From Balanoglossus misakiensis (lineage: Eukaryota; Animalia; Hemichordata), in the NCBI GenBank assembly GCA_040954595.2, contig CM082580.2:4578783-4642782 (forward strand): 64,000 nt of DNA. The letters are read 5' to 3'. Positions 1 through 20,581 of this stretch are shown piece after piece. Under the pieces are notes generated by a model. It searched no databases. It was not told where the DNA came from and worked only from the letters and a program-made list of their open reading frames with translations. The position numbers and the translations under genes are program-made. How positions within the stretch are numbered: position 1 is the stretch's first letter; each line of letters begins with the position of its first letter.

Positions 1-483
1 TCACTAAACGTGTCAATTCGCATGAAAATCCATCTTTGTGTGTTAGCATAATGTCCACTTTACACATTCACATACATGTCCACGGTCCTTCAGGTGAGAG
101 CTAAGGACATTCAGAATATCGCAATCGGTCGACGTTCTCTCCTGCGAGGAACAACAACTTCAGTGTAAATGTATATATCCTTGTACTGCGTGTTACAAAT
201 ATACCAAGGGTGAAAAGATCCTTAATAAATTCCATCTAATATAATGTTGACAGGAATAATTGGCAACTCTTGTGTGTTAAGAAGACAAGTAGCCGCTGTT
301 TATCCATGCAAGTATACGAAAACCAAAACAAATTATTGTCTGGTCGATAACTATTTTCGAGGTAATTAAGGCCACAGATCACATATTGAACGTTCCAGTA
401 TTGTTGAGAGACATATCTATGATGCATATAATACAAAATGTATAGGCCTACGCTTAAGGAATCAATGTAACATATGAACTTAC

Positions 484-1990
484 CTGATACTACCATGTAA
501 GCATCGCCAATGGTCTCCACTTTATGCACGTCGTACTTCTCAATGCGGGAATCGAAGCACAAATAGAGCAAATTGAGCATGCGCGTGACCTGGAGAGGGC
601 TGCTCTTGGAGCAAATAGACGTGAATCCAACGATGTCGGAGAAGAAGACGGTGGCTTCTTTGAAGCTCTCCGGTGGGACGCGCTCGTTTTTCTTCAATTG
701 ATGGGCGACTGCCCTCGGTAAGAGACGATAGAGTAAGGAGACCGCCCTCTTGCGTTCACGCTGTAGGGACTTGCTTTGTACAACGAGGCTGGACGCGAAC
801 ATTTGCATACTGCTGGTCAGTTTCGTCACCAGAAACAAAACTGTCGGTCCAATAAAACATACTAATAACAGCACCAGTATGACCACTGCCAAATTTCTCA
901 AGTCCCCCGATAGTCCGTCGTCGAACTTCTGCAATATGTTGTCGGATACTCTCTCTTGTATCAGCAGCAGAATGTCCATGTAGCTTGTCATATTCGCATA
1001 CCAGTAGTTTGCGGCGTGCCACGAGGCGTCGACGCTGATGTTCTGTCGGATAGTCTCTCGCATATCAGAGATCGATCTTACAACGTCGCCTGGCAGCTCG
1101 CCCATTAACTCGTCATGGAATTCTTTGATTTCGGGAGCGTATTGCCAGGAAGCCTCGAAGTTGCCCTTGGCTCTGTAAGCCCTTTCCAGATAATCGATAA
1201 AATGGTTGTCGTCTGTGAATTTTCCCGTCGAAAAGTAGACAGCGCCTAGAGTCCGTTCTATTCCAACGTCTTCTTTGCTAACGATGAGAAGTTGGAACCC
1301 GACAAGACTGGTCCATGCCTGTCCGGAACCGCGAAATTTGCCCAATGTTTCGTAAAGCCAGTTGATGAAGAACTTGATAGAATTGGAGTAGAATTCGATC
1401 TCATCTAACATGGTAGACGTCGAGATGTACAAGTCGCGCCGGTGTGTGTCGAGGTACCTCTGGAAGGACTCTTTTGAATTGAATTCCATGACCAAGTTGC
1501 CAGAGTCGCCCAGCCAACCGTTGAGTTTGGCAAGCGCAGCGTCGGTTTCTGGGTACGTATCTGTCAGAGCTTGTCGGCTTAGCGGGCTTATTGTACTGAG
1601 GTACAGCGTCGACATGTCTCGCTCGCTCTGAAGAAAGTGGAGGAAGTTTCCCAGCTCCCTGCCGAAGGAAATGGCCTGGCGGATTTTCAAGGACGCCCTG
1701 TTGGCCTTCACGACCGTCGTCAAGTTGTTGCTCGCCAGGGCGGCCAGAGTAATGATCGGAATCATCGTTAAAACCATCATCTTGGTTAGCTGCCATCTCC
1801 TGCTCGATTTCTTCATGGGATCGCAGCTCCACCAAGACTTGCCAGCTTTCCAGTTGAACAGATTTTGTACGGACACGGATGTTTCGCTCAGACTCGCTAG
1901 AGTGCCTCTTGATCCACCAATATTATAGCCGCTATTTACATCACTTACAGTAAAGACTGTATCTTTGCTCGGTGAATTATGTGAAGCCAT
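484..1990 (-). CDS. NIT-domain transmembrane guanylate cyclase (NIT-GC), first coding exon; gene continues beyond the left end
   Basis: TM1 ([17 protein letters not shown]), NIT-like helical sensor ([15 protein letters not shown]; [12 protein letters not shown]), TM2 ([22 protein letters not shown]), coiled coil ([21 protein letters not shown]), class III cyclase start ([12 protein letters not shown]...[14 protein letters not shown]). Donor CAG|GTAAGT at 484/483; ORF residues after this are intron read-through. Confidence 0.88.
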
Positions 1991-4181
1991 TTTCGCAATG
2001 ATGAAACAGGTAACATATCTGCAATATAATTTACCAGAGTTTGTGATAAGCTAGTGTATTATTTTCTACCAAATGCTACGTTCAAACTTGGCAAAACTGA
2101 CACTGTTTCAGAGGCAGTATGTGTTTTACAAACAACAGGTATTGTCATCCGAAATAATGAAAAAAAAAACTGCATCCGCGGTTTTGTAGTACTATGCAAT
2201 GATACTTACAAGTTGTGCGTACGTCCTCTTAAGCTCAGAATCAAGGGACGGCGTTCTCATTCCTTTTATACGTTTCATGGTAAACTCTCTAACTGTTTTC
2301 CGAAGCGGGGAGTACCTGGCTGCGTCACACAAAGGGACTTGCAAATGTCAAGAGGTAATTAGCCGAGGTAATTATGCGGCTAGCGAACACCTTGACGTCA
2401 TAATCACTATGATACCGGCTAAGATGAGCTGCACTAATGATGTAAATTCTATTTGTTTCTACAGTTGATATTTGTTGTTGTGTTACCATATCGACCGTAT
2501 CGACTTACGCATGAATTATTCCATTCCGGGGGAAGTGGTTGTATGATTTACAAGAACAAATTGTTGGAGCCAACTTTTAGTACCAGAAAAGCGTTTGCTT
2601 CCAAGGGGCTAAAATTGCTGTATACAAACTTTGGCTAGCACATATTGTCTTCAGATGTCCATGAAACTGTCGCCTTCTATAACATATTACGCAAGCTTCC
2701 TTCAAAGTATCAATTCTCAATTAGCCATTCTCATATTCGTTTAGCCTTCAGGTTAAAATTATTTTTTAAACCATGAACCCCTTTCCGTTTAACTTTTGAC
2801 ACTATATTTCAGGTTATTTTTGCTCTCTCTCTCTTTCAATAAGTTGTCACTATCAAATTTGCACGATTCATGCATTTTCATGGCGTCGGCTTTACAAACT
2901 CGTGTGTTACCGCCAGATAACGCAGATTACTCAAAGCAAGGATATCATCGATTGCAGTTTGCCCATGCAACATCTGCTAACGAATACGATATCGATTATT
3001 TCGCGCTATAGACATGTTTCCCCAGGGTTAGGAGAATGTACGAGTTTCAGTTCATGCACACAAATTAGACTATCTCAGTGGGAGGCTCGACGACGTTGAG
3101 AAACGCCACTTTAATTGGAAGACTAACTTCTGTGATAATTATAGGTTCTGGACAAGGAACTCCATGGCAATAAAGTAATAAGTGAAGTATGCTAAAACTG
3201 GGCCAAATCTCGTGAACTGCGATAACATGATCGCCATCTTTCGATACTTAATTTTTCACGGGGAATCCGAAGAAATTTCAAATCAGGCCTCGAAATTGTA
3301 CCGCATGCCCTAAGGAGAAGAACTCGTATTTGGATGACACAAAACAAGATGTCGGACAACAGTAAAATGATCGGCGACGGTGAGTATTTTACGCCATTTT
3401 CATAAGTTTTGATCAAACGGAATCGAATAGAACACCCCATTCAGAAATATGCAATTCAATCTACCGGGATTGTTTCGTAACGCAATGCCTTCCCGTAAAC
3501 TGTGACGATTTTGGGTAAGTTCGTCATTTAGCAATACGAGAGCAGCCATTCTACTGCTGTATATACACATCAGACGGTTGCTTATGCATGGCTGGTGCAT
3601 GGCGTGACCTAAAGGTATTGAATTTCCTACAGTTTTCAATCCTTGAGACGTGACCAAAATTCATCATAGCAGGCCCGGATGGGGTCGTTTTACAAAGTGC
3701 AAAGTACATACTGTGAGTGAGAAGGAAAAAAAGTCTAGTCGACTTGGCGTCTCCAATCAGGTCGAGGGCTAATCGGCACGGTACGTCCTTTTCTGGTTTA
3801 TTAGGAGTTACTGATCATTCACGACCGATATCAGTCTTTTTACCTATCGAATAAGGCTTATATCACTGCTCTCTAACATAGTAGAATGTTATCATTAGCT
3901 TTTAGTGACCGGTTGACGTGTATTCAAGAGTTGAGAGATTTTTTCCAAGGCTCACCGACGCTGGATTTCAACGTTAACAAAAATGTTGCAAGTTTTACTA
4001 GGGAGACTGATCAGACTATCTTAAAATTCTAGTTATTTCCGAACAGACAAATTGCGTAGTCCACCACTGACACAAACAGGTGCCGCTCTCTCCCTAAATG
4101 ACACCCCCTGTGGTGTTACACGGAAACGATGACTCATCATTTTCCATTCTCTACAACCTTATACACAGAAGCATCTTCAAG

Positions 4182-12397
<8,216 letters not shown>

Positions 12398-13039
12398 AAA
12401 GGGAATAAGTTAACAGACTCCACGATTTCTCAGTACCATGTTACAAGATCAGAATGTTGTATGGAGTGCTTATATGAGTGAGACGAAATACACTCCAGTA
12501 AACGGGGGCGTTGAAACGTGAAGCTGACTTGAACTTCACTGTTTGGGTGATGGTTTCTATCAATGGCCAGAGTTTTATCACGTCTTCTAAAAGAAGGAAA
12601 AAATGTGACCAAATTATTTTTTACTTTCCAGGTTTTAACTGTTTTATAAAACTTTTCATGTTCATACTTTTATCACGCATTTAAAAAAAATGAATAATAT
12701 TGAAATGTAGTTATGTTCTAAATCCTCAAAATTTAAAAACGAATAATTAAGTAATTATGTACCGTAGCAATGGCATTTTGATGTAGACAACCGGCGTAAA
12801 ATAGCAAAAATAACATTTTATATACATTGTACAAGTAAAGAACAACCAAGACGTATTTTTCAATTGCCGATAAATATGGTATATGGCAGTCATTTTTTTT
12901 TCAAGTTCACAGATGCAGTCACAATATTTTCAGGTAGCCTCTTGCATGTTGGCGTATGATTTATGGAGTAAAGTCCCACTTTAATTCTTCCACCCCGCAG
13001 ATGTGTTTGGAAATGCTGACCTTAGGCGAAGGATGGCTT

Positions 13040-13345
13040 CTGTGTTTATGTTTTTGAGCTGTATCTGCAGTATACTTTACGAAAATGTACAGCACATGCA
13101 GAAGGTTAAAGGTTGAATTCGACGGGCCACACTTTTCTGTGTTTACATCATAAGTGTTTTTGAGCTGTATCTGCAGTATACTTTATCAAAATGTCCTGCA
13201 CATGCAGAAGGTTAAGGTCAAACTCGACGGGCCACACTCTTCTGTGTTTATACCATAAGTGTTTTGGATCAGTATCTGTAGTGTACTTTATCAAACTGTA
13301 CTGCACATGCAGAAGGTTAAAGGTTGAACTCGACGGGCCACGCTC
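13040..13345. repeat. ~105-bp tandem repeat, ~3 units
   Basis: The unit TGTTTTTGAGCTGTATCTGCAGTATACTTTA...CACATGCAGAAGGTTAA...CGACGGGCCAC recurs at ~13049, 13155 and 13260. Confidence 0.9.
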
Positions 13346-13567
13346 ACCCGGAAGAGCTCTAATGCACTGTACAGTGTAATCATTTTGCAACCGTGCCACG
13401 TTACACAATCATACGTGGACCTTGTTTGTATGCTGGACTTAGGGTCGACTCCCACACAGGTGCAGCCTGATCAGGGTTGGTCAAACTCCAAAATCGGGTT
13501 TTGAGGGGTCAAGTCGGACCACCATTTGCGTTGTGTCTTTCTTTTCTATTAGGACGGATTTTCAACC

Positions 13568-14473
13568 ATGTTCACGTACGAAGAAGCCCAACTCTTTATT
13601 GCGGATGTCCTCAGAATAGAAAACCCAGCGGAGAAGTTCCGAGAAGATCGCCTGGCACTGCTGAGTGCAATAATAAGAGCCTTCCACTACGTGCTGCCGT
13701 TCCAAGACATCACTTTACAGAGTCTGAGTCAGGAGGAGAGGAGGGTCCCTTCTATGGACGACATAAAGCGCGATATATTAGCAGCCCACGGAGGATTATG
13801 TAACGTTCTCAATGCGTCCTTGATGTACATCTTGAAGGCAATCGGCTTCGATGTTCAATTCATCCCATCCGCTGTTCTAAAGGCCAATGATCACATCTTG
13901 ATTGTTGCAAATAATGTAATCAAAGATGGCGACCAGTTTCTAGTTGATGGCGGCAGTGGTTACCCTACATTTGAAGCTATCCCGCTTGATTTCGATGACG
14001 AATCCCCTGTCTATCGTTTCTCGTTCAGTCACGTTAAATTTGTGAGAAAAGGTGATGTTATAGAAAGGCTACATCTAAGACGCACAGACAAACCTCTGTA
14101 TGACGACGGGTTCATTACAGCCAAGGGTGTCACTGATACATGCACATGGCTGCCGTACTATGACTTCAAAGTCACACCTGTTGACTTAAGCCACTACGAC
14201 GCCGCCATGAACGATGTGTACACAAACGTCACAGCTTCCCCGTTCCTTCTCAGCCTGAGAGTGATCTCCTTCCCGGGTGGAGTGTGCACTGCTATCAAAG
14301 ACGACGTACTTCTCAGAGAGGGAGAAGATAATCGTCTGCACGCGACAAAGATGGAATCCATCGAAGAAATAAAGAAATGGATTTCAAAATTATGCCCTCG
14401 GCTTCCATCGGTCAAGGTTGACCTTGCATTGAAGCACTGGGGAAGAGAATTCGAACCAACTATGAAGAAGTAA
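13568..14473 (+). CDS. Arylamine N-acetyltransferase (NAT family), intronless CDS, 301 aa
   Basis: PFQDI (PFENL-like) motif; catalytic triad Cys (HGGLC), His (NDHIL), Asp (LVDGGSG); late SPF motif. A splice acceptor (TTTTCTATTAG) sits just upstream of the ATG. Confidence 0.9.
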   Translation: MFTYEEAQLFIADVLRIENPAEKFREDRLALLSAIIRAFHYVLPFQDITLQSLSQEERRVPSMDDIKRDILAAHGGLCNVLNASLMYILKAIGFDVQFIPSAVLKANDHILIVANNVIKDGDQFLVDGGSGYPTFEAIPLDFDDESPVYRFSFSHVKFVRKGDVIERLHLRRTDKPLYDDGFITAKGVTDTCTWLPYYDFKVTPVDLSHYDAAMNDVYTNVTASPFLLSLRVISFPGGVCTAIKDDVLLREGEDNRLHATKMESIEEIKKWISKLCPRLPSVKVDLALKHWGREFEPTMKK

Positions 14474-15509
14474 ATTCAAACAATCATGAGTAACCTAAGT
14501 TTCTCCTGATTTTTGCACGTTTGATCAACAACAATTACATGTAATATGCATTACAGTGATGGTTAGCAAAATATTAATTGTAATATGTATAACTAGTGTA
14601 CTGCCGGTATGCATACCAACACTTCAGTACATGCGTCAGACTATTGCAATGAAGACGCATACCACTATTTTTTCTTATACTTTTGATATAGTGGGCAATG
14701 GTGGACGAGCCTGAAAGCATTTCTGTTGCAATTTGTTTGAGGTCAAACTGCAGATTGACTTGACTATACTAGCCCTTTAACGCACGATTTTCCGAACTTA
14801 ACGTGACGCGACGGAAATCTCGCATGGTCAGGCAGGTTATATGGTAGGACATTCTCATGAGACACTGCACAGCCGACGATAGTAACTAATGTTCGGGTTG
14901 CGGGTTAGCAATGAATAAAAATAAAATCAGAGTCAAAATACCGCAGCGATGAATGAATGTCCGACTCTGCGTCACGTTGTGCGTGTGAAATGATCTGATA
15001 TAATGCTGATATGATCGGATCGATACGGTTACCATGCAGTCACAACCGACCTGTGACCTATATTGTTAAACAGAACAAACATCGCCGGGCATTATTCGAT
15101 TCTTCCTCGTCAACGATGCTGCTTGGTTCTTTTAGTGATGTGACAATCAAAGCTTATTGAGCTGTAATTGCGATCGTAGTTGAAATTCTAGATTTCGTCA
15201 ATTGTATTCTAGTTGACCCCTTCTTTGGTTGATCGATTCTGACGGACAGAGGAACGGCCATAAGAATGGATTTCAGAAGAAGTACTGCTCAGCGGAAATC
15301 AAACGGCTACTCGCTGAAAAAATGATGCTAATGTTTGGACCAACTGCAAGAAGGTATCGAAGTAACGGAACTTGGTCCCCGTTAATTTTTGTTAGGGTTT
15401 ACTGGAATTAGAAAAGAATTTGTAATCCACGTGGTTCGGACAAGCCTAACTAACAAATCAATGCGTGAATTAGGTAATTGTTATCAGGTCAAGCTTTGGG
15501 GATTATTGA

Positions 15510-18302
15510 AATTATTATTATTATTATAAACTTTATTTCGGACTCATGGTCCATATTACAGTAGGATTAGTTGAAAGGGGAAAAATAGATTACATATCTA
15601 AATGACAAAAAGAAGCTTATTCCAAATGCTCAAAGTTTCAGAATTAAAATACAATGTATCATGCACTTGCCGCACAATGACATTTTGGCAGTTCAAGAGT
15701 CTTTGTTTAAGACTAAAAATTTGCCTTCTATGCAGGGCATCGAATGTATCGATTCTGTTCGTCACAAACATAGAGCTCGCACTACTTCGTCTTTCATATC
15801 CCAATAGGATACGAGCAGCGTTGTTGTATGCAATTTTCAATTTCCTCATTGTGCTGACAGTGAATTTTACCCACATTGGGCTTCCATACATTTGATAACA
15901 GTATGTTTTGAAGAGAATACTCTTAATGTCAAAAGTACATCTGAAAAAATTTCTCTTAAGCATATTAGCTGACACATAAAAACATCGCATCTGTCGCTCA
16001 ATATCATCATCATCATGGAGATGATCGTTGAGGATGAAACCCAGATGCTTTTTCTTTGTTACAAATGCTAGTTTAACTCCATTAAGATAAACAGAAGGAA
16101 TGCGACGAATCATAGAAGAATCCGATTTGATACACATAAAGTTAGTCTTTTTGTCATTAAATAAAATATCATGAGTATTACCATAGTCGCCACAGATATC
16201 GACCAACTTCTGAGTCCCCTTGACCGAAGGACTAATAAGACATATATCATCGGCATACATTAAATGGTTGATAAAATATCCTCCAATATTACAGCCTGTT
16301 TTGGAGTTTGACAACATCATACTCAACTGATCAACATAAATATTAAAAAACTTAGGTGACAAGATTCCACCTTGTTTGACACCATTAGAGACAGTGAATC
16401 CAGCAGAGGTACATGAACCCCAGCGAATGAAAATCTGCTGAGTACGATACCAACTCAAAAGAAATCTAACAAAATAAACTGGAACTTTGCGATCTATTAG
16501 TTTCTTGAATAAAACCCAATGGTTCACTCTGTCGAATGCTTTTGAAGCATCCATGAAGGTGATAATTACATTACTGCCATGCTTTCTATAGAAATTGATT
16601 ACTTCTTTAAGAACAAATACGCACATATCAGTGGAATGGCCAGATTTGAAACCAAACTGATAATGTGACGTCTCAAGAAAACAATCAATATGTCTAAGTA
16701 AAATTAACTCAATGAGCTTTGAAGCAACTGTAGACAGTGCAATCGGACGGTAATTACTTTTGTCATTAACATTGTTGTTTTTGTCCTTTACTATGGGAAC
16801 TAAAACAGTATCAGAAAGTCTACTCGGGCAAGAACCATGTACAAACATTGCTGTAAAACACATACTAAGTAAGGTAGAGATCTTAGTACTGGCATACATA
16901 AAATGCTCCGCTGAAAGAAAGTCTGAGCCAGCAGCTTTTCCAGTCTGTAATTTAGAAATGACATCACACACGTCACCGGGTAAAACAGTAACACTATTAT
17001 CAAAGGTACATTTCTCAACAGCTTCCAAGACAAATTTCTTATCATCAGTCGTGTTCACAGAGTTATAGATTTCTTGGTAATGTTTACACCACATATCAGC
17101 AACATTAGCTTCACCAGTACAACCACCTACATTGTTTGGCCTGGAAGAACACTTTTTGTTATTGACAGAATGCCAAAATTTCTTGTGGTTACCTTCACAG
17201 AGGTTTTTGGCCATAGCATCAGCTTTCATTTGCTCTTCATTAATTCGACACGCCCGCAACGCATACTTGAAACGAGCATGAGTACGACGTTTAAAATCAT
17301 ACAATGGCCCATTCTTGGGTTTACCAGACTCACGCCATAATTTAAATGCGTCATGGGCAATTGCATGGATCTCTTTTAAATGGTCATTCCACCCAGCAAC
17401 TGCACAACTTTTTCCACTATCATTGGCATGGCTAATTCGAGTGCCAGCACAATGTAAACAATCAATGATATTACCATAGAAGTCAGCAATACTATCAACA
17501 TGATTCTTGTCTTTACAGTGAATGTCTTTACAGCATAATGAATCAGTAGGAATATTAATATCTGCAAGAAGTCTATCCGTGACATCAGTGTACATATTAC
17601 ATCGTTTGTTACTGACATTAGACCAATTTAAATTAAATCCTGTATTACTATAGGAAGTATCAGATCTACTAGAGTCACATGATGGTAAAAAATCGACATT
17701 ACATGTAATGGAAAGTGGAAAATGATCTGATAAGATCATGTCATACAAAATTTCCATTGACTGTATACAATGGTGAGAACTATATGTACAAATACAATGG
17801 TCTAACCATGAAGTAGAGCCATGCATGTCGCTAACATATGTAAATGAATCATCAGGCAAAAAGACTTGGTCAGAGATAAAGTAATTATAGTCATTACAGA
17901 AACTTTGTAATGTCGAGCCAAATAAGGAATTCTGATCTGAATTCCAATCACCAATAATCATACTACAATAAGAGTCACTGGATTGAACAATTGAATGAAT
18001 TTTTGCTAAGTAATCAGAAAATTCATCACAGTTTTCACTACTACACGTCGGTAAATATACACAAAGGATTAACAATTTACACTTGATGTAATCAATCTCA
18101 ATCCCAATAATTCTGTTGTCATTAAAAGACCTTACTTTGACAGCGTGACCAATTGACTTACGCCACAGAATAGCGACGCCCCCATATGGTCTACCAATAA
18201 TTAGTTTTTCACTAGGATCAACAGGGGACTCACCATAGAAATCAAAGTCTTTATGGATGGTAGATAAAAAAGAAATATTGTCTCGAGTTAGCCAATGTTC
18301 TT
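15510..18302 (-). mobile_element. 5'-truncated non-LTR retrotransposon (LINE) with APE endonuclease and RT; clade uncertain, possibly RTE-X-like
   Basis: Open frame from EHWL...GRPYGGVAILWRK (~18300) through GDWN, WLDH, SDHFP, NYRPIAL, DASKAFDRV, GVKQGGILSP, YADD to the stop at 15598. The 3' end has AATAAA and an (ATA)n tail at 15510-15530. No clear TSD. Confidence 0.95.
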
Positions 18303-18348
18303 ATAACAGTCTTAACCTGTGGCAGAAATAACGGTGCAAAGATTTGAT

Positions 18349-18505
18349 TAGACTCTCTCACAGCCCCTCTCGCCGTCCACGCAGGCTTATGGTCTGATTG
18401 CATGTGTGCCCGGAACACAAAACGGTGCTTCTCCCTAGCTAAACGGTTGAGGGCGCGTCAGTGAAGAGCCTTGCTGTAGCGAACCGTGGGCTGTGAGAGA
18501 GTCTA
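18349..18505. mobile_element. MITE with TAG...CTA termini and 9-bp TSD (Academ/AcademH-like)
   Basis: 18-bp TIR TAGACTCTCTCACAGCCC; perfect TSD AGATTTGAT at 18340-18348 and 18506-18514. Confidence 0.88.
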
Positions 18506-18642
18506 AGATTTGATGAGGTTTACATGAGCTGATTTGCTAAACAGTACCCTGAGATCGACTCGAAGCTTCTTTGACACTCTTAAAGGAATGTTTTCGTGTC
18601 TAAATTTCACCATTGGGCACATCCATCCATTCTTTCGGGGTT

Positions 18643-19431
18643 TCACGGTTTCAGTCTTAACCTGTACAACTCATCGTAGCTAGCTTGAGCATCTTCGATT
18701 GCATCTTGAACGTACTGTGGCAAACACGTGACATCAATCTCTGTTGAACTCCCTTGTACTTTGGGTTTTTTAATGAAACCTCTGCTATTCATTACCGTCG
18801 TATACCAAGGCTCTCCCCAGCACCATTCCTCACAGTAACGAGGCTGCCAATGAAGCATACCTTCTTTGAATTCAAGCCCGACAGACGCGCAATATTTTTT
18901 CATCATGGTCGGTGGGTCACTCAACAGGTCGTCTGCGTCGATGACCACCGGTGTTTCACCCACGACATCTCTGATGTACTGGTAGAGCTGCCACATTTCC
19001 CGGAAACCAACTTCACCAGGAGGAAACTGGGAATGTTTGCCATAGGCACCCGTGTATGCATTGTAATAGGAAGTGATTGCCTTGATTGGTCTCCGTATCA
19101 GGAAAGAGTGTCGGAAGCCGCGGGGCAAAGCCTCTTCCCTTCCGGGTTCGACCACACAGACGGCATGGTCTTTTGCAAATATACCACTATACCCCGGATG
19201 AAAATCTTCAAGGAGCTGCTTAATCTCACCAAACTTATAACCAGGCTTCGTTGGCTTGTCCGAGCAGATTTGATAGTACCGATCTTCTCCAATGTATGCC
19301 GCGATGCAGAACAGCTCATGGAAGACCTTGATATCGCCTCGTGATCGAATCGAATTTTCAAACGCTGTTGACAAACACCGTGGCGCCGACCATAACATTA
19401 CTCTAGCGAAATCACCGCTGCCTTCAGTCAT
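18643..19431 (-). CDS. Sulfotransferase-like protein (Sulfotransfer_5 type, as in BCAT-like N-terminal domains), intronless CDS
   Basis: Motifs RVMLWSAPRCLSTAFE, FHELF, FAKDH, HSFLIRRP..AITSY, PVVIDADDLLSDP..MKKYC..GL.F...ML.W, W...V.NS.GF. Real ATG probably 19431, preceded by an acceptor (GTCAACAG). Confidence 0.82.
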   Translation of the reverse strand: MTEGSGDFARVMLWSAPRCLSTAFENSIRSRGDIKVFHELFCIAAYIGEDRYYQICSDKPTKPGYKFGEIKQLLEDFHPGYSGIFAKDHAVCVVEPGREEALPRGFRHSFLIRRPIKAITSYYNAYTGAYGKHSQFPPGEVGFREMWQLYQYIRDVVGETPVVIDADDLLSDPPTMMKKYCASVGLEFKEGMLHWQPRYCEEWCWGEPWYTTVMNSRGFIKKPKVQGSSTEIDVTCLPQYVQDAIEDAQASYDELYRLRLKP

Positions 19432-19682
19432 GCTGATTCTAGCTGTTGACAACAAACCGTTCTATATTCATCACACACAGAATGAAATACATTTGTGCGA
19501 GTTATATTATATACGCATATGTATGACGAGTAGGTGCTTTATAGTCATAGAGTTGTGTTTGAAGTATCCAAAAGTACAGTGACCTTTCTGTATGAGAGGC
19601 CAAGCAGGGCCAAGCATGGACGTAAAAAGAGTTTTTTTTACGTCCATGGGCCAAGCAACATCTTTATAAGAACACTATTCTT

Positions 19683-20520
19683 CATACCTTGCAGTGTTGT
19701 GCTGATTTCAATTGTTGCTGAAAGTCAGAGATGTTCCCGGTTGTATGGAGACCGCCCGGTTCTGTCACCGAGAGAAGAGGGTGAGGTCGTGCGCGTCCTT
19801 CACCTGTTGAGATGTGTACTTTCTTGAGGCACGTAGTAGATACAAGAAAGTAATGTTTTGTTGCCATAGAGGGCGCTATAACTAGCGGAACGTCAGTCTA
19901 CACGTTGCTGGCAAGGTGACTACACGGCTAATTTTCGCGCTTCGTGTTCGGTCACTTATTTCGGCGATCTTGGTTCCCATCAACATGGAAGACCAGTCTT
20001 CAACCATTTCTGAAGCCATCCAGGCTAACAACGGGCAGTTGCTGACTTCTATTAATCAGCTTATCACTCAGAAATTACAAGTTATGAAAAACGAGCTCAG
20101 CACCGCGCAAGAAGGAACCGCGCGCGAGGTCATGGGCGAGTTCAAACGTCTGAAACACAAAGAAGCCCCGACCTTCAAAAAGCAGGCTAATGCGGACCAA
20201 TATAAGCACAACGACAAGGTGTTGGACATCATCGAGGAGACCAAAACGGAGTTGGAAGCTAAAAGATACGAAGGAGCACTAAAGAAGATTGACGAAGGTA
20301 TTAATGAGATAGGACAGAGACAAAAATTGATTCTGCTGGCGGAAAATTCAGAATTTGGATGGGCAACAGCGCAGGAATATCGCTCGCATGAGTTGGCTGA
20401 GCACAGCGACGATGAGAAGCGTATTTGGAAAGCTGAGCTGAGAGCAGGCCGTCGTTCCAAAGAGCAGCGCCAAAAGAAACAGAAGTTCAGAGGTCGCGAG
20501 CGACAGCACAGGGAACTTAG
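19683..20520 (+). mobile_element. 5' fragment of a DIRS/Ngaro-type tyrosine-recombinase retrotransposon (terminal repeat-like segment and gag N-terminus)
   Basis: ORF from ATG 19985 with FKKQANADQYKHN and RQKLILLAENSEFGWATAQEY....LAEHSDDEKRIWKAE.RA, a motif I recognise from invertebrate DIRS/Ngaro gag proteins. Truncated at a (GTT)n tract. Confidence 0.7.
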
Positions 20521-20526
20521 TAATTT

Positions 20527-20530
20527 TGTT

Positions 20531-20581
<51 letters not shown>
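20527..20581. repeat. (GTT)n microsatellite
   Basis: Seen directly. Confidence 0.95.

Noticed and set aside
236-483. C-terminal ~80 aa of the 584-aa ORF
   Set aside because: Lies past a consensus donor at the conserved VVSG position; intron read-through.
13040-13345. Possible CRISPR-like array
   Set aside because: Whole units are repeated with no unique spacers; eukaryotic context and no cas genes.
18754-19344. 196-aa plus-strand ORF
   Set aside because: Antisense to the sulfotransferase-like CDS; no recognisable motifs.
19863-19878. CTCF-like GCCATAGAGGGCGC
   Set aside because: Only a partial match, single copy and inside a retroelement fragment.
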